From an uncultured Acetobacteraceae bacterium (GTDB lineage Bacteria > Pseudomonadota > Alphaproteobacteria > Acetobacterales > Acetobacteraceae): a stretch of 64,000 bases of DNA. The position numbers and the translations under genes were made by a program. Numbering within the stretch: the stretch's first letter is position 1; the number at the start of each line of letters is the position of its first letter. This document shows positions 33,282-47,565 of the stretch, in pieces. The notes beneath the pieces were generated by a model. The model did not search any database, had not been told where the DNA came from, and was given only the letters and a program-made list of their open reading frames with translations. The stretch covers positions 318,135-382,134 of the forward strand of contig CAXSBC010000003.1 in NCBI GenBank assembly GCA_964236105.1, written 5' to 3'.

Positions 33282-35090
33282 TTGGCCTACCTGCCCCTGG
33301 CGATCGAGGATTACGGCCTGATCGGCGACTGTGGAAGCTGCGCGCTCGTTGGTCGCAACGGCTCGATCGACTGGCTGTGCTGGCCGCGGTTCGACAGCGC
33401 CGCCTGCATCGCGGCCCTGGTGGGCACGGACGAGAACGGGCGCTGGCTGCTGGCGCCGGCGGCCGACTGGACCAGCACGCGGTCCTACCGGGGCAGCGGC
33501 ATGGTGCTGGAGACCGTGTTCACCACCGACACCGGCACGGTGGCGCTGATCGACTTCATGCCGATGGATGCCGACGGGCCCAGCATCGTGCGGATCGTGG
33601 AGGGACGCAGCGGCAGCGTGGCGATGACCCACGAGCTGATGCTGCGCTTCGATTACGGCACGTCCGTGCCCTGGGTCACGCGGCTGCCGGGCGAGGAAGG
33701 CATCACCGCCATCGCCGGGCCGGCGCTGGTGGTGCTGCGCACCGACGTCCCGCTCGAGGGCGAGGACATGAAGACGGTGTCGCGCTTCACCGTCACCGAA
33801 GGCCAGCGCCTCCGCTTCGTCATGAGCTACGGCGCGTCGCATCTGCCGCCGCCGGCCGGCTTCGACGTCGAGCAGGCCTACAACCACACCTTCTCCTACT
33901 GGGAGGACTGGGCGTCGCGCTGCGCCTATGGCGACAAGCACCTGGCCGCGGTGAAGCGCTCGCTGGTGACCCTGAAGGCGCTGACCTACGCCGAGACCGG
34001 CGGCATCGTCGCCGCCCCCACCACCTCGCTGCCCGAGCAGATCGGCGGCCCGCGCAACTGGGACTACCGGTTCTGCTGGCTCCGCGACGCCACCCTGACC
34101 CTCGTGGCGATGATGGCCGGCGGCTACTACGACGAGGCCAGGCGCTGGCGCGACTGGCTGCATCGCAGCGTCGCCGGCAGCCCGGAGCAGCTGCAGATCA
34201 TGTACGGCATCGCGGGCGAGCGGCAGCTGATGGAATGGGAGGTGCCGTGGCTGATCGGCTACGAGAACTCGGCCCCGGTTCGTGTCGGCAACGCGGCCGC
34301 CGGGCAGCTTCAGCTCGATGTCTATGGCGAGGTGATCGGCGCGCTGCATCTCTCGCGGCGCGAGAACCTGCGCGACGCCGGCTCCGGCTGGTCGCTGCAG
34401 GTGGGGCTGCTCGAGCACCTGGAGCGGATCTGGAAGGAGCCTGACGAGGGCATGTGGGAGGTGCGCGGCGGCCGTCGCCAGTTCACCGTGTCCAAGGTGT
34501 TCTGCTGGATGGCGTTCGACCGCACGATCAAGGACGTCGAGACCTACAAGCTGCCGGGTCCGGTCGATCGCTGGCGCCAGGTGCGCGACGAGATCCATGC
34601 GACCATCTGCCGCGACGGCTTCAGCGCCTCCAAGAACAGCTTCACCCAGGCCTTCGGTGCGCCGGCGCTCGATGCCGGGCTGCTGCTGCTGCCGGTGATC
34701 GGCTTCCTGCCGCCCGACGATCCGCGCATCGTCGGCACGGTGGCGGCGGTCGAGAAGGAGCTGCTGGTGGACGGGTTCGTGCTGCGCTACCGGACCGACG
34801 AGACCGCCGACGGATTGTCCGGCAACGAGGGCGCGTTCCTGGCCTGCTCCTTCTGGCTGGTCGACAGCTATGTGCTGCTCGGGCGCTACGACGAGGCGGA
34901 GGCGCTGTTCGAGCGGCTGGTGGGGCTGTCCAACGATCTCGGCCTGCTGGCGGAGGAGTACGACCCGCGGCTGAAGCGCCAGGTCGGCAACTTCCCGCAG
35001 GCCTTCTCCCACGTCGCCCTGGTCAGTGCTGCGGTGCATCTGCGCGACCGCATGGTGCCGGTCCGGGGCGAGGTGGACGAGGCGGCGTAG
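33282..35090 (+). CDS. Glycoside hydrolase family 15 (glucoamylase/trehalase-like)
   Basis: The TTG start at 33282 has GAGG 8 nt upstream, 602 aa. The N-terminus is IEDYGLIGDCGSCALVGRNGSIDWLCWPRFDS. Core blocks are ...GGPRNWDYRFCWLRDATLT... and ...LLAEEYDP....GNFPQAFSHVALV. Confidence 0.8.
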   Translation: MAYLPLAIEDYGLIGDCGSCALVGRNGSIDWLCWPRFDSAACIAALVGTDENGRWLLAPAADWTSTRSYRGSGMVLETVFTTDTGTVALIDFMPMDADGPSIVRIVEGRSGSVAMTHELMLRFDYGTSVPWVTRLPGEEGITAIAGPALVVLRTDVPLEGEDMKTVSRFTVTEGQRLRFVMSYGASHLPPPAGFDVEQAYNHTFSYWEDWASRCAYGDKHLAAVKRSLVTLKALTYAETGGIVAAPTTSLPEQIGGPRNWDYRFCWLRDATLTLVAMMAGGYYDEARRWRDWLHRSVAGSPEQLQIMYGIAGERQLMEWEVPWLIGYENSAPVRVGNAAAGQLQLDVYGEVIGALHLSRRENLRDAGSGWSLQVGLLEHLERIWKEPDEGMWEVRGGRRQFTVSKVFCWMAFDRTIKDVETYKLPGPVDRWRQVRDEIHATICRDGFSASKNSFTQAFGAPALDAGLLLLPVIGFLPPDDPRIVGTVAAVEKELLVDGFVLRYRTDETADGLSGNEGAFLACSFWLVDSYVLLGRYDEAEALFERLVGLSNDLGLLAEEYDPRLKRQVGNFPQAFSHVALVSAAVHLRDRMVPVRGEVDEAA

Positions 35091-35116
35091 GGCGCACCGG
35101 GCGTCGGCGCGCCCGC

Positions 35117-35611
35117 CTACTGGAAGCTGTGATCGAGCGAGGCGATCACCACCACGACCACGCCGAGCACCAGGTTGAGGCTGACCAGGGAGCGGATCTT
35201 GTCGAAGGTCGCCGGCTGCGGCCGGATCGCCCGGCGGACCTTGCGGAACGGCCCGAAGAAGGCATAAGCGAACACCAGCGCGATCACGATGCCGATCGCC
35301 TGCATCGCCTGGATGTGCCAGTCCGGGTTGCCGAAGCCGCCGAGCGGGAAGGCCAGCATCAGCCAGCCGGTGATCAGCACCAGCGGCATGGCGTGCCAGA
35401 CCACCAGGAAGAACCGCTTGAGGGTCTGCAGCTGCACCGAGTTGCGCTGCGTGGTGTCCAGCAGCCCAAGGCTCGGACGCAGCACCAGCAGCGCATAGGC
35501 GGTGCCGCCGAGCCAGGTGGCCATGGCGACCAGGTGGACGGCCAGCACCAGGCTCCAGAGGACGTGTCCGCCGGGCGCATCGGCGCCATTGCTGATCATC
35601 TGGCCGGTCAT
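35117..35611 (-). CDS. CopD-like integral membrane protein
   Basis: 164 aa with about four hydrophobic helices. The block ...LAVHLVAMATWLGGTAYALLVL... resembles CopD-family proteins. The family assignment is tentative. Confidence 0.45.
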   Translation of the reverse strand: MTGQMISNGADAPGGHVLWSLVLAVHLVAMATWLGGTAYALLVLRPSLGLLDTTQRNSVQLQTLKRFFLVVWHAMPLVLITGWLMLAFPLGGFGNPDWHIQAMQAIGIVIALVFAYAFFGPFRKVRRAIRPQPATFDKIRSLVSLNLVLGVVVVVIASLDHSFQ

Positions 35612-35739
35612 GGCAGGGCTCCCCTCGTTGAACGCACGCTGATCGCGGTTTCGGCCGCATCGCGCAAGAGACGCGCCTGCAACCGGCGAGCCGGATGCGG
35701 GCGTTGCGACAGGACGGCACAGCGATCAAGGAGCGGCAG

Positions 35740-37197
35740 ATGGTCGAGATCCCGGCGCAGTCGAGGCTGCTCACGCCGGAGCAGATGGGACGGATCGACC
35801 GGGCCGCCGCCGCGACGCCGGGCGGGCTGTATCGGCTGATGGAGAATGCCGGCCGGGCGGTGGCGCGGGCGGCGCTGCGGTCGATGCGGCCGACCGCCAC
35901 GCTGGTGCTGTGCGGGCCGGGCAACAATGGCGGCGACGGCTATGTCGCGGCACGGCTGCTGGCCCAGCAGGGCTGGCTGGTCCGGGTGGCGGCACTCGTA
36001 CCGCCGCGTGCCGGCAGCGACGCCGCGCGGGCAGCCGCGTCCTGGCGCGGCGGGGTGCGGGCCTTCGATCCAACGGAGGCCGCGCGGGCGGGGCTGGTGA
36101 TCGACGCGGTGTTCGGCGCCGGGCTCGCGCGCGATCTCGACGGGTTGGCGGCGGCGACGCTGGCGGCCGCGCGGCGGGTGCTGGCGATCGACATGCCGAG
36201 CGGAATCGACGGCGAGACCGGGGCTGTGCGCGGCTTCGCGCCCCGGGCGGAGCTGACGGTGACGTTCCATCGTCGCAAGCCGGGCCATCTGCTGCTGCCC
36301 GGCCGCGACCGGCTGGGGCGGCTGGAGGTCGCCGATATCGGCATCCGGGAGGAGACGCTGGAGGCCGGCCTGGTGCAGGCGTGGCGCAACGCCCCCGGCC
36401 TGTGGCGGCTGCCGGAACCCGGCGCCGAGAGCCATAAATACAGCCGCGGCGTGGTGAGCGTGTGCGGCGGCGGCGCGATGACGGGTGCGGCGCGGCTGTC
36501 GGCGGCGGGCGCGCGCGGCGCCGGCGCCGGGCTGGTGCGGATCGCGGCCGCGGGCTCGGCGGACATCTATCGCATGGGAGCGCCCGGCCTGATCATCGAC
36601 GCGGAGCCGCTGGCGGCGTTGCTGAAGGACCAGCGCCGCCGGGTGTGGGTATGCGGGCCTGGCCTCGCGCATGACGAGGTGCAGGCAGCGCTGCCGGCGC
36701 TGCTGCAGGCGGGGCGGCAGGTGGTGGCCGATGCCGGCGCGCTGACCGGGGCGGCCGGTCGCCCGGAGCGGCTGCGCGGCGTCTGCGTCGCCACCCCGCA
36801 TGCGGGCGAGTTCGAGCGCGTGTTCGGCGATCCCGGCACCGATCGGATCGGTGCCGCGCGACGGGCCGCCGCCCTGTTCGGCGGCGTGCTGGTGCTGAAG
36901 GGCTCGGACACCATCGTGGCGTCGCCGGACGGACGCGTCTCGATCAACGACAACGCGACGCCGTGGCTCGGGACCGCGGGGTCGGGAGACGTGCTGTCCG
37001 GCGTCGTCGGCGCCTGTCTCGCCGGCGGGCTGGAGCCGTTCGAGGCGGCGTCGGCGGCGGTGTGGCTGCATGGCGAGGCCGGACGGCTGGCCGGCGAGGG
37101 GCTGATCGTCGAGGACCTGCCGCCGCATCTGCCGGAGGCGGCGGCCCTGGCGCGGAGGACCTGTGTCGGACTTGCCGATGTCGGGCGGCTGAGCTAA
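35740..37197 (+). CDS. nnr: Bifunctional NAD(P)H-hydrate repair enzyme Nnr (epimerase/dehydratase)
   Basis: ATG at 35740 follows GGAG, 485 aa. The YjeF_N block is LCGPGNNGGDGYVAARLL. The C-terminal kinase-like domain carries KYSRGVV...GGGAMTGAARLS and GSGDVLSGVVGA. Confidence 0.85.
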   Translation: MVEIPAQSRLLTPEQMGRIDRAAAATPGGLYRLMENAGRAVARAALRSMRPTATLVLCGPGNNGGDGYVAARLLAQQGWLVRVAALVPPRAGSDAARAAASWRGGVRAFDPTEAARAGLVIDAVFGAGLARDLDGLAAATLAAARRVLAIDMPSGIDGETGAVRGFAPRAELTVTFHRRKPGHLLLPGRDRLGRLEVADIGIREETLEAGLVQAWRNAPGLWRLPEPGAESHKYSRGVVSVCGGGAMTGAARLSAAGARGAGAGLVRIAAAGSADIYRMGAPGLIIDAEPLAALLKDQRRRVWVCGPGLAHDEVQAALPALLQAGRQVVADAGALTGAAGRPERLRGVCVATPHAGEFERVFGDPGTDRIGAARRAAALFGGVLVLKGSDTIVASPDGRVSINDNATPWLGTAGSGDVLSGVVGACLAGGLEPFEAASAAVWLHGEAGRLAGEGLIVEDLPPHLPEAAALARRTCVGLADVGRLS

Positions 37198-37255
37198 TGG
37201 CCCGCAATCGCGGAAGCGGACCTGGAGGCCGGGCCGGAACGGTCGACCTCGGGTG

Positions 37256-37340
37256 GCGGGCGTGGTGAAACTGGTAGACACGCCAGATTTAGGTTCTGGT
37301 GGCGCAAGTCGTGGGGGTTCAAGTCCCTCCGCCCGCACCA
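37256..37340 (+). tRNA. tRNA-Leu (anticodon TAG)
   Basis: 85 nt. The acceptor is GCGGGCG/CGCCCGC, the anticodon loop is TTTAGGT, the variable arm is long, and the T-loop is GGTTCAAGTCC. The 3' CCA is encoded. Confidence 0.9.
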
Positions 37341-37458
37341 GCGACGCCGCGCAGGCCGCTCTCCAGGCCCGGCGTCCGGCTTTGCCCATCATCTCCGCCG
37401 CGTGCCCGATCCGGCACGCCGGCGGCATCGTTCTGTTCACGAGAGGATTGCCTGGCTC

Positions 37459-38796
37459 ATGCAGGTCACTGAAACCCTGAACCAGGGTCTGAAGCGCGGC
37501 TTCACCGTGGTGGTGCCGGCGAGCGAGCTGGAAACCAAGCGGACGGCACGGCTGACCGAGCTGGGACGCACGATGAACCTGAAGGGCTTCCGGCCCGGCA
37601 AGGTGCCGATGTCGCTGGTCCGGCAGCGCTACGGCACCGCGGTCACGGGCGAGATCCTGGAGCAGACGGTCAACGACGCGACCCGCGACCTGCTCAGCGA
37701 GCGCGGCCTGCGCCAGGCGGCGCAGCCCAAGGTCGAGCTGGTCAGCGGCGCCGAGCCAAACGGCGCCGGCGACCTCGAATTCACCCTGGAGCTCGAGCTG
37801 CTGCCCGAGATCGCGCAGCCCGACCTGAGCCAGCTCTCGCTGACCCGCCTGAAGGCGGAGCCCGATCCGGAGACCGTGGACAAGGCGCTGGCCGACATCG
37901 CCCGGCGCCAGCGCAGCTTCGAGACCATCGAGGAGGCGCGCGGCGTGGCGCGCGGCGAGGTGCTGACGGTCGATTTCCTGGGCCGAGTCGACGGGGTGGC
38001 GTTCGAGGGCGGCACGGCCGGCGACGTCGATGTCGAGATCGGCGGCGAGGGCTTCATCCCCGGCTTCTCCGAGCAGATCGAGGGGCTGGCGCCCGGCGAG
38101 ACGCGCACCATCGAGGTCACGTTCCCCGCCGACTACCAGGCGACCGAGCTCGCGGGCAAGGCGGCGAGCTTCGAGATCACGGCCAAGGCGCTGAAGCGGC
38201 CGATCGACTCCGCCATCGACGACGAGCTGGCCAAGAAGATCGGCTTCGAGGGTCTCGAGCAGGTTCGCGAGGCAGTGTCGGGTCAGGTCCGCCAGGAGTA
38301 CGACCAGCTGTCGCGCATGCGCATCAAGCGCGAGCTGCTGGACCAGCTTGCCCTGCAGACCCACTTCGACGCGCCGGAAGGCATGGTCGAGGGCGAGTTC
38401 GCCTCGATCTGGTCGCGCGTCGACCAGGACAGGCAGGCCGGCAAGCTGGACGACGAGGACAAGGACAAGGACGAGGACACGTTGAAGTCCGACTACCGCA
38501 AGATCGCCGAGCGCCGGGTGAAGCTGGGGCTGCTGCTTGCCGAGATCGGCCGTGCCAACGGCGTCACCGTCACCTCCGAGGAGATGGTGCGCGCGATGCG
38601 GGCCGAGGCCAGCCGCTATCCGGGCCAGGAGCAGCAGGTGATCGAGTTCTTCCGCGCCAACCCGCAGGCGGCGGAGACGCTGCGCGGGCCGATCTTCGAG
38701 AACAAGGTCGTCGACTACGTGCTCGAGCTGGCCAAGGTCGAGGACAGGACCGTGACCCCGGACGAGCTGGCGGACGTTCCGGCAGCCGACCTCTAG
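37459..38796 (+). CDS. tig: Trigger factor
   Basis: [25 protein letters not shown]... followed by ...[17 protein letters not shown]... (the ribosome-binding signature), 445 aa. It lies upstream of clpP-clpX. Confidence 0.9.
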   Translation: MQVTETLNQGLKRGFTVVVPASELETKRTARLTELGRTMNLKGFRPGKVPMSLVRQRYGTAVTGEILEQTVNDATRDLLSERGLRQAAQPKVELVSGAEPNGAGDLEFTLELELLPEIAQPDLSQLSLTRLKAEPDPETVDKALADIARRQRSFETIEEARGVARGEVLTVDFLGRVDGVAFEGGTAGDVDVEIGGEGFIPGFSEQIEGLAPGETRTIEVTFPADYQATELAGKAASFEITAKALKRPIDSAIDDELAKKIGFEGLEQVREAVSGQVRQEYDQLSRMRIKRELLDQLALQTHFDAPEGMVEGEFASIWSRVDQDRQAGKLDDEDKDKDEDTLKSDYRKIAERRVKLGLLLAEIGRANGVTVTSEEMVRAMRAEASRYPGQEQQVIEFFRANPQAAETLRGPIFENKVVDYVLELAKVEDRTVTPDELADVPAADL

Positions 38797-38804
38797 GCCA
38801 TGGG

Positions 38805-38833
38805 CTTTCAACCGGCCGGATAATCTCTATCTT
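38805..38833 (+). promoter_or_regulatory. Possible sigma32-type heat-shock promoter for clpP
   Basis: CTTTCAA at 38805-38811 and CTATCTT at 38827-38833 are loosely similar to the alphaproteobacterial CTTG-N17-CYTATNT pattern. The match is weak. Confidence 0.2.
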
Positions 38834-38947
38834 GTCCTGAGCACAGCATGCGGCCGGGGCGGGCGGGAGTCCCGGCGGCAGGAAACGAGGCCGGTTGCGA
38901 GGCAGGAATGCTCCACAGCCGGCTTCCTCAGGTCAGGAACGAGTCAG

Positions 38948-39595
38948 ATGTGGGACCGCGATCCGGTCGAGATCTACAACAATGCCCTCGTGCCGATGGT
39001 GGTCGAGCAGACGTCGCGCGGCGAGCGGGCGTTCGACATCTTCTCCCGGCTGCTGCAGGACCGGATCATCTTCCTGACCGGACCGGTCTATGACCAGGTG
39101 AGCGCGCTGATCTGCGCGCAGCTGCTGCATCTGGAGAGCGTCAACCCGTCGAAGGACATCTCCTTCTACATCAACAGCCCGGGCGGCGTGGTTTCGGCCG
39201 GCCTCGCGATCTACGACACCATGCAGTATATCCGCAGCCCGATTAACACGGTCTGCATCGGCCAGGCCGCGTCCATGGGCTCGCTGCTGCTGGCAGCCGG
39301 CGCCAAGGGCAAGCGGCTGGCGCTGCCGAATGCCCGCGTGATGGTGCATCAGCCCTCCGGCGGCGCCCAGGGCCAGGCCAGCGACATCGAGATCCAGGCC
39401 AAGGAGATCCTGTATCTCCGCTCGCGCCTGAACGGGATCTACGAGCAGCATACCGGCCAGACGCTGGAGGAGATCGAGCGCAAGCTCGAGCGCGACAGCT
39501 ACATGTCGGCGACCGAGGCGATGCAGTTCGGCATCGTGGATCAGGTGCTGGAGAATCGTCCGGTTCCGGCTGCCGAGGACGCCGCGCGCAGCTGA
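38948..39595 (+). CDS. clpP: ATP-dependent Clp protease proteolytic subunit
   Basis: [21 protein letters not shown]... followed by ...[16 protein letters not shown] (catalytic Ser) and ...MVHQPSGG..., 215 aa. Confidence 0.95.
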   Translation: MWDRDPVEIYNNALVPMVVEQTSRGERAFDIFSRLLQDRIIFLTGPVYDQVSALICAQLLHLESVNPSKDISFYINSPGGVVSAGLAIYDTMQYIRSPINTVCIGQAASMGSLLLAAGAKGKRLALPNARVMVHQPSGGAQGQASDIEIQAKEILYLRSRLNGIYEQHTGQTLEEIERKLERDSYMSATEAMQFGIVDQVLENRPVPAAEDAARS

Positions 39596-39768
39596 GCCGG
39601 CCGGGGGGACTCGGCGGGCGGATCCTGGCCGGCGCGCGGCCCGGGCGGGTCTGGCGCCTGGCGCGCCGAGGCCGCCTGCGCACTTGATGAAGTTTCTGGG
39701 GTAGGTCTAATCTCCCCAACTTGACCCATGGCGGCGCGGGACGCTCGGCCCCTGGGGTGGGAGTGGCC

Positions 39769-41025
39769 ATGAGCAAGTCAAGCGACTCGAAGAACACGTT
39801 GTACTGTTCGTTCTGCGGCAAGTCGCAGCACGAGGTGCGCAAGCTCATCGCCGGTCCGACGGTGTTCATCTGCGACGAATGCGTCGAGCTGTGCATGGAC
39901 ATCATCCGCGAGGAGCACAAGACGCACCTGGTGAAGAGCCGGGACGGGGTGCCGACGCCCAAAGAGATCTGCAAGGTCCTGGACGACTACGTGATCGGCC
40001 AGTTCCACGCCAAGAAGGTGCTCTCGGTCGCCGTCCATAATCACTACAAGCGTCTCGCCCATGGCGCCAAGAACAACGATGTCGAGATTGCGAAGTCGAA
40101 CATCCTGCTGCTCGGCCCGACCGGCTCGGGCAAGACGCTGCTGGCGCAGACGCTGGCGCGCATCCTCGACGTGCCGTTCACCATGGCCGACGCCACCACC
40201 CTGACCGAGGCGGGCTATGTCGGCGAGGATGTCGAGAACATCATCCTCAAGCTGCTGCAGTCTGCCGACTACAATGTCGAGCGGGCGCAGCGCGGCATCG
40301 TCTATATCGACGAGATCGACAAGATCAGCCGCAAGTCGGACAACCCCTCGATCACCCGCGACGTCAGCGGCGAGGGCGTGCAGCAGGCGCTGCTGAAGAT
40401 CATGGAAGGCACGGTGGCCTCGGTGCCGCCGCAGGGCGGGCGCAAGCATCCGCAGCAGGAGTTCCTGCAGGTTGACACCACCAACATGCTGTTCATCTGC
40501 GGCGGCGCCTTCGCCGGGCTGGAGAAGATCATCGGGGCGCGCGGCAAGGGTGCCGGCGTCGGCTTCGGTGCCCACGTGCAGGCGCCGGACGAGCGGCGTA
40601 CCGGCCAGGTGCTGCGCGAGGTGGAGCCGGAGGATTTGTTGAAGTTCGGGCTGATCCCCGAGTTCATCGGGCGTCTGCCGGTGGTGGCGACGCTCGAGGA
40701 TCTGGACGAGACCGCGCTGATCGAGATCCTTACCAAGCCGAAGAACGCGCTGGTCAAGCAGTATGCCCGGCTGTTCCAGATGGAGGGGGTGAAGCTTTCG
40801 TTCACCGAGGACGCGCTCAAGCACATCGCGCTCAGGGCGATCGCCCGCAAGACCGGAGCGCGCGGCCTGCGCTCGATCATGGAGAGCATCCTGCTCACCA
40901 CCATGTTCGATCTGCCCGGGCTGGAGAACGTCGACGAGGTGGTGATCAACCGGGACGTGGCCGAGAACAAGGCGAGCCCGGTATTCGTCTACGGACAGGA
41001 GCGGACGGCGGAGCAGTCCGCCTGA
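39769..41025 (+). CDS. clpX: ATP-dependent Clp protease ATP-binding subunit ClpX
   Basis: The zinc finger is [27 protein letters not shown], Walker A is GPTGSGKT and Walker B is IVYIDEIDK. 418 aa. Confidence 0.95.
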   Translation: MSKSSDSKNTLYCSFCGKSQHEVRKLIAGPTVFICDECVELCMDIIREEHKTHLVKSRDGVPTPKEICKVLDDYVIGQFHAKKVLSVAVHNHYKRLAHGAKNNDVEIAKSNILLLGPTGSGKTLLAQTLARILDVPFTMADATTLTEAGYVGEDVENIILKLLQSADYNVERAQRGIVYIDEIDKISRKSDNPSITRDVSGEGVQQALLKIMEGTVASVPPQGGRKHPQQEFLQVDTTNMLFICGGAFAGLEKIIGARGKGAGVGFGAHVQAPDERRTGQVLREVEPEDLLKFGLIPEFIGRLPVVATLEDLDETALIEILTKPKNALVKQYARLFQMEGVKLSFTEDALKHIALRAIARKTGARGLRSIMESILLTTMFDLPGLENVDEVVINRDVAENKASPVFVYGQERTAEQSA

Positions 41026-41039
41026 CGAGGCGGCGGATC

Positions 41040-41059
41040 GCGGACGCCCTTGCGTCCGC
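41040..41059 (+). terminator. Hairpin downstream of clpX (possible attenuator/terminator)
   Basis: GCGGACGC-cctt-GCGTCCGC is a perfect 8-bp stem starting 15 nt after the clpX stop. No T-tract follows. Confidence 0.3.
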
Positions 41060-41175
41060 CGGCGTCCGCTCCGACATGCTTCATGACGATGGCATGACTT
41101 GATGTCCTGCCGTCCGGGCGACAGGGCGTGCCGTAGGCGGGCGCCGTGTCGCGGACTGTCCTTCAGGAGGTCAAG

Positions 41176-43716
<2,541 letters not shown>

Positions 43717-43727
43717 TCGGCACGACT

Positions 43728-43758
43728 CCGGGGGACGGACGCCGTGCCGTCTCCCCGG
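43728..43758 (+). terminator. Imperfect hairpin downstream of lon
   Basis: CCGGGGGACGG-(acgccgtg)-CCGTCTCCCCGG has one bulge. It starts 12 nt after the lon stop. No clear T-tract follows. Confidence 0.3.
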
Positions 43759-43897
43759 GCAGCCAGCCGGCTTCGTTGACGCCGCGGAACGGAGCGCCCT
43801 ATCCTCGCCTTGGCGCGCGTCTGGCCTGACCCCGGGCCTGCACACCGTGTTGCCGGCGGCGCTGCATGACGTTGCACCTGGTCAGGAAAGGCGATTT

Positions 43898-44182
43898 ATG
43901 GAGAAGGCCCTCAACAAGCAGGAGCTGATTTCCGTGGTGGCGGACGAGGCGGACCTGCCCAAGGCGAAGGCCGGGGAGGTGGTCGAGGCGGTGTTCGGGG
44001 CCATCGAGAAGGCGTTGAAGAACAAGCAGGAAGTGCGGCTTGTCGGCTTCGGCACCTTTGTCACGGCGGCACGGAAGGCGGCCAAGGGTCGCAATCCGCG
44101 CACCGGCGAGGAGATCGACATTCCTGCCTCGACATCGGTCCGTTTCAAGCCTGGCAAGACCCTGAAGGGCGCGGTCAGCTGA
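43898..44182 (+). CDS. hupB: DNA-binding protein HU
   Basis: MEKALNKQELISVVADEADLPKAKAGEVVEAVFGAI...VRLVGFGTF...RNPRTGEEIDIPASTSVRFKPGKTLK, 94 aa. Confidence 0.9.
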   Translation: MEKALNKQELISVVADEADLPKAKAGEVVEAVFGAIEKALKNKQEVRLVGFGTFVTAARKAAKGRNPRTGEEIDIPASTSVRFKPGKTLKGAVS

Positions 44183-44219
44183 CCGGCTGACGGTTGCGGG
44201 TCACGGCCAGTCCCGGCAC

Positions 44220-44291
44220 GGGCGGTTAGCTCAGCGGTAGAGCGTCTCGTTTACACCGAGAGGGTCGGCGGTTCGAAACCGTCACCGCCCA
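44220..44291 (+). tRNA. tRNA-Val (anticodon TAC)
   Basis: The acceptor is GGGCGGT/ACCGCCC, the D-arm is GCTCAGCGGTAGAGC, the anticodon loop is TTTACAC, and the T-loop is GGTTCGAAACC. CCA is not encoded. Confidence 0.85.
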
Positions 44292-44386
44292 TACCCATCA
44301 CCCGCCTCGCGTCCGGCTTGACCGCGCCGGCGCGGACCGGCTTGACGGCATCAGGCCGTGCCTTTACACCGCCGCTCACGCCAGAT

Positions 44387-44463
<77 letters not shown>

Positions 44464-44669
44464 TCACTGCCCAGGCAGTGTGATGCGGCGCCTGCGCGTC
44501 CGGGCTGCTGGCCTGATGTTCACGATATAGACGGTTCCGATGTTTTGCAGGGGATCATGCTGCACTGCACTTTGCGGTGCTGTCATGTTGCGCCTAGTCT
44601 GCCGCATCGCCCGACAGCGCGGTGGCGTCAGCCATGCCGGCTCGCGGGTCGATCGTGAGACCCAAGACC

Positions 44670-45035
44670 ATGCAGAGCGTGCTGTCCGATTATTTCCCGA
44701 TCCTGGTGTTCATCGTCATCGCGGCAGCGATTTCTGCAGCCATGCTGGGCGGGTCATTGCTGGCCGGGCATCAGAAGCCATATGCCGAGAAGGTCGCGGC
44801 GTACGAATGCGGCTTTGATGCCTTCGATGATGCGCGGCGCCGGTTCGACGTTCGGTTCTATCTGGTTGCCATCCTGTTCATCATCTTTGACCTCGAAGTT
44901 GCGTTCCTGTTCCCGTGGGCGGTCAGTCTCGCGCATATCGGGCTGTTCGGCTTCCTGTCGATGCTGGGTTTCCTCGGCGTGCTGGCGGTGGGCTTCGTCT
45001 ACGAGTGGTGCAAAGGGGCCCTGGAGTGGGAATAG
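44670..45035 (+). CDS. nuoA: NADH-quinone oxidoreductase subunit A
   Basis: ATG at 44670, 121 aa. The conserved block is ...[40 protein letters not shown]... Confidence 0.9.
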   Translation: MQSVLSDYFPILVFIVIAAAISAAMLGGSLLAGHQKPYAEKVAAYECGFDAFDDARRRFDVRFYLVAILFIIFDLEVAFLFPWAVSLAHIGLFGFLSMLGFLGVLAVGFVYEWCKGALEWE

Positions 45036-45042
45036 ACTGAAC

Positions 45043-45633
45043 ATGAGCATGACGCAGAGCGTCGCGACGCCTGGCCCGGTTGCCGAACCGGATCGTGTCG
45101 CGTGGAACCGTGAGGCGCTGGTGCCGGGTCCGGCGCAGGACGCGGTGATCAAGGGCATCACCGGCGAGATCACCGAGAAGGGCTTCGTCGTCGCCAACGT
45201 CGACAAGCTGGTCAACTGGGCGCGCACCGGCAGCCTGTGGCCGCTGTCGTTCGGTCTCGCCTGCTGCGCGGTCGAGATGATCCATGCCTTCATGCCGCGC
45301 TACGATCTGGATCGCTTCGGCATTATTCCGCGCGGCAGCCCGCGTCAGGCCGACGTCATGATCGTGTCCGGCACGCTGACCAACAAGATGGCGCCGGCGA
45401 TGCGCCGCATCTACGACCAGATGGCCGAGCCGCGCTGGGTGATCAGCATGGGCTCCTGTGCCAATGGCGGCGGCTACTACCACTACTCCTATTCGGTGGT
45501 GCGCGGCTGCGACCGGATCGTGCCGGTCGATATCTATGTGCCGGGCTGCCCGCCGACGGCGGAGGCGCTGGTCTACGGGATCATGCAGCTGCAGAAGAAG
45601 ATCCGCCGGACCGGGACCATCCTGCGTGGCTGA
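45043..45633 (+). CDS. nuoB: NADH-quinone oxidoreductase subunit B
   Basis: Blocks present are [30 protein letters not shown] and VPGCPP. 196 aa. Confidence 0.95.
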   Translation: MSMTQSVATPGPVAEPDRVAWNREALVPGPAQDAVIKGITGEITEKGFVVANVDKLVNWARTGSLWPLSFGLACCAVEMIHAFMPRYDLDRFGIIPRGSPRQADVMIVSGTLTNKMAPAMRRIYDQMAEPRWVISMGSCANGGGYYHYSYSVVRGCDRIVPVDIYVPGCPPTAEALVYGIMQLQKKIRRTGTILRG

Positions 45634-46288
45634 CGCGGTCGAGACCGCACGCGCCGGGCGGCTGGGCTCGCTGGCGATGATCCTGTCCACCGGGTTCGCC
45701 GGCGTGCGCGCGGCTTCGGTGGAGAAGGGCGAGCTGATCGTGCAGGTCGAGCGCGCCTCGCTGGTCGATCTGATGACCGCGCTGCGTGACGATCCGCGCT
45801 TTGCCTTCAGGCAGATGATGGATCTGTGCGGAGTCGATTTCCCCGAGCGCGCCGAGCGGTTCGACGTCGTCTACAACCTGCTCTCGGTGACTCAGAACCA
45901 GCGCTGCCGGGTGATCGTCACCACCGACGAGACCACGCCGGTGCCCTCGGTGCACGAGATCTGGTCGTCCGCGACCTGGTGGGAACGGGAATGCTACGAC
46001 CTGTTCGGCGTGCTGTTCTCCAATCAGCCCGACCTGCGCCGGATCCTGACTGATTACGGCTTCGAGGGACATCCGCTGCGCAAGGACTTCCCGCTGACCG
46101 GCTATGTCGAGGTCCGCTACGACGTCGACCGGCGGCAGGTGATCTACGAGCCGGTCAAGCTGACGCAGGATTTCCGGAACTTCGATTTCGTTTCTCCCTG
46201 GGAGGGCATGATGACGCTTCCCGGTGATGAGAAGGCCCATGAGTCTCGCCAGGGCATCGTCGCGGGCCCGCCCGGGCAGGCACGTTGA
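45626..46288 (+). CDS. nuoC: NADH-quinone oxidoreductase subunit C
   Basis: The GTG start overlaps the nuoB end (an alternative ATG is at 45677). The conserved block is ...[43 protein letters not shown]... Confidence 0.85.
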   Translation: MADAVETARAGRLGSLAMILSTGFAGVRAASVEKGELIVQVERASLVDLMTALRDDPRFAFRQMMDLCGVDFPERAERFDVVYNLLSVTQNQRCRVIVTTDETTPVPSVHEIWSSATWWERECYDLFGVLFSNQPDLRRILTDYGFEGHPLRKDFPLTGYVEVRYDVDRRQVIYEPVKLTQDFRNFDFVSPWEGMMTLPGDEKAHESRQGIVAGPPGQAR

Positions 46289-46310
46289 GCCGGCGACAGG
46301 AGCGGACACG

Positions 46311-47561
46311 ATGAGCGACATCATCCTGCGCGAGGACATCCCCGACACCATGCAGCCCGACCAGGCGGGCGACGGGCGCAGCGTCAAGACGGTCGAGATC
46401 GACAGCCATTCGCTCAATTTCGGCCCCCAGCACCCGTCGGCGCATGGCGTGCTGCGGCTGGTGCTTGAGATGGACGGCGAGGTGGTGACCCGGGCGGTGC
46501 CGCATATCGGCCTGCTGCACCGGGGCACCGAGAAGCTGATCGAATACAAGACCTACATGAAGGCGCTGCCGTATTTCGACCGGCTCGACTACGTGTCGCC
46601 GATGTGCATGGAGCAGGGCTTCGCGCTGGCGACCGAGAAGCTGCTCGGCATCGACATCCCGGACCGCGCCAAGTGGATCCGGACGATGTTCGCCGAGATC
46701 ACGCGGGTGCTGAACCACCTGCTCAGCATCACCTCGTTCGGCCTCGACTGCGGCGCGCTGACGCCGGCGCTGTGGGGCTACGAGGAGCGCGAGAAGCTGC
46801 TCGAGTTCTACGAGGCGGCCTCGGGCGCGCGGTATCATGCGAACTACATCCGGCCGGGCGGCGTGGCCAAGGATCTGCCGCTCGGACTGGCCGACCGCAT
46901 CGCCGCCTGGACGGGCGAGTTTCCGAAGTTCATCGACGACCTCGAGTCGATGCTGACCGGCAACCGGATCTGGAAGCAGCGCACCGTCGGCATCGGCGTG
47001 TTCACCTCCGAGCAGGCGCTCGACTGGGGCTTCAGCGGCCCGAACCTGCGCGCCTCCGGCGTGCCGTGGGATCTGCGGCGCTCGCAGCCGTACGACATGT
47101 ACGACAAGGTCGAGTTCGATGTGCCGGTGGCGCGCAACGGCGACTGCTACGACCGCTTTCTGGTGCGGGTGGCCGAGATGCGCCAGAGCGTGCGGATCAT
47201 CGTGCAGTGCCTGGCGCAGATGAAGCCGGGGCCGATCAAGATCCAGGACACCAAGATCGCGCCGCCGACCCGCAAGGACATGAAGCGGTCGATGGAGGCG
47301 CTGATCCATCACTTCAAGCTCTACACCGAGGGCTACCACGTGCCGCCGGGCGCCACCTATACCGCGACCGAAAGCCCGAAGGGGGAGTTCGGGATCTACC
47401 TGGTCGCCGACGGCAGCAACCAGCCTTATCGTTGCAAGATCAGGTCGACGGGCTTTGCCCATCTCCAGGCGCTGGACGAGCTTTCCAGGCGTCACATGCT
47501 GGCCGACACGGTCGCGATCATCGGATCGCTCGATCTCGTGTTCGGCGAGATCGACAGGTAG
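46311..47561 (+). CDS. nuoD: NADH-quinone oxidoreductase subunit D
   Basis: [22 protein letters not shown]... is followed by the C-terminal ...[11 protein letters not shown]. 416 aa. Confidence 0.95.
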   Translation: MSDIILREDIPDTMQPDQAGDGRSVKTVEIDSHSLNFGPQHPSAHGVLRLVLEMDGEVVTRAVPHIGLLHRGTEKLIEYKTYMKALPYFDRLDYVSPMCMEQGFALATEKLLGIDIPDRAKWIRTMFAEITRVLNHLLSITSFGLDCGALTPALWGYEEREKLLEFYEAASGARYHANYIRPGGVAKDLPLGLADRIAAWTGEFPKFIDDLESMLTGNRIWKQRTVGIGVFTSEQALDWGFSGPNLRASGVPWDLRRSQPYDMYDKVEFDVPVARNGDCYDRFLVRVAEMRQSVRIIVQCLAQMKPGPIKIQDTKIAPPTRKDMKRSMEALIHHFKLYTEGYHVPPGATYTATESPKGEFGIYLVADGSNQPYRCKIRSTGFAHLQALDELSRRHMLADTVAIIGSLDLVFGEIDR

Positions 47562-47565
47562 GCAT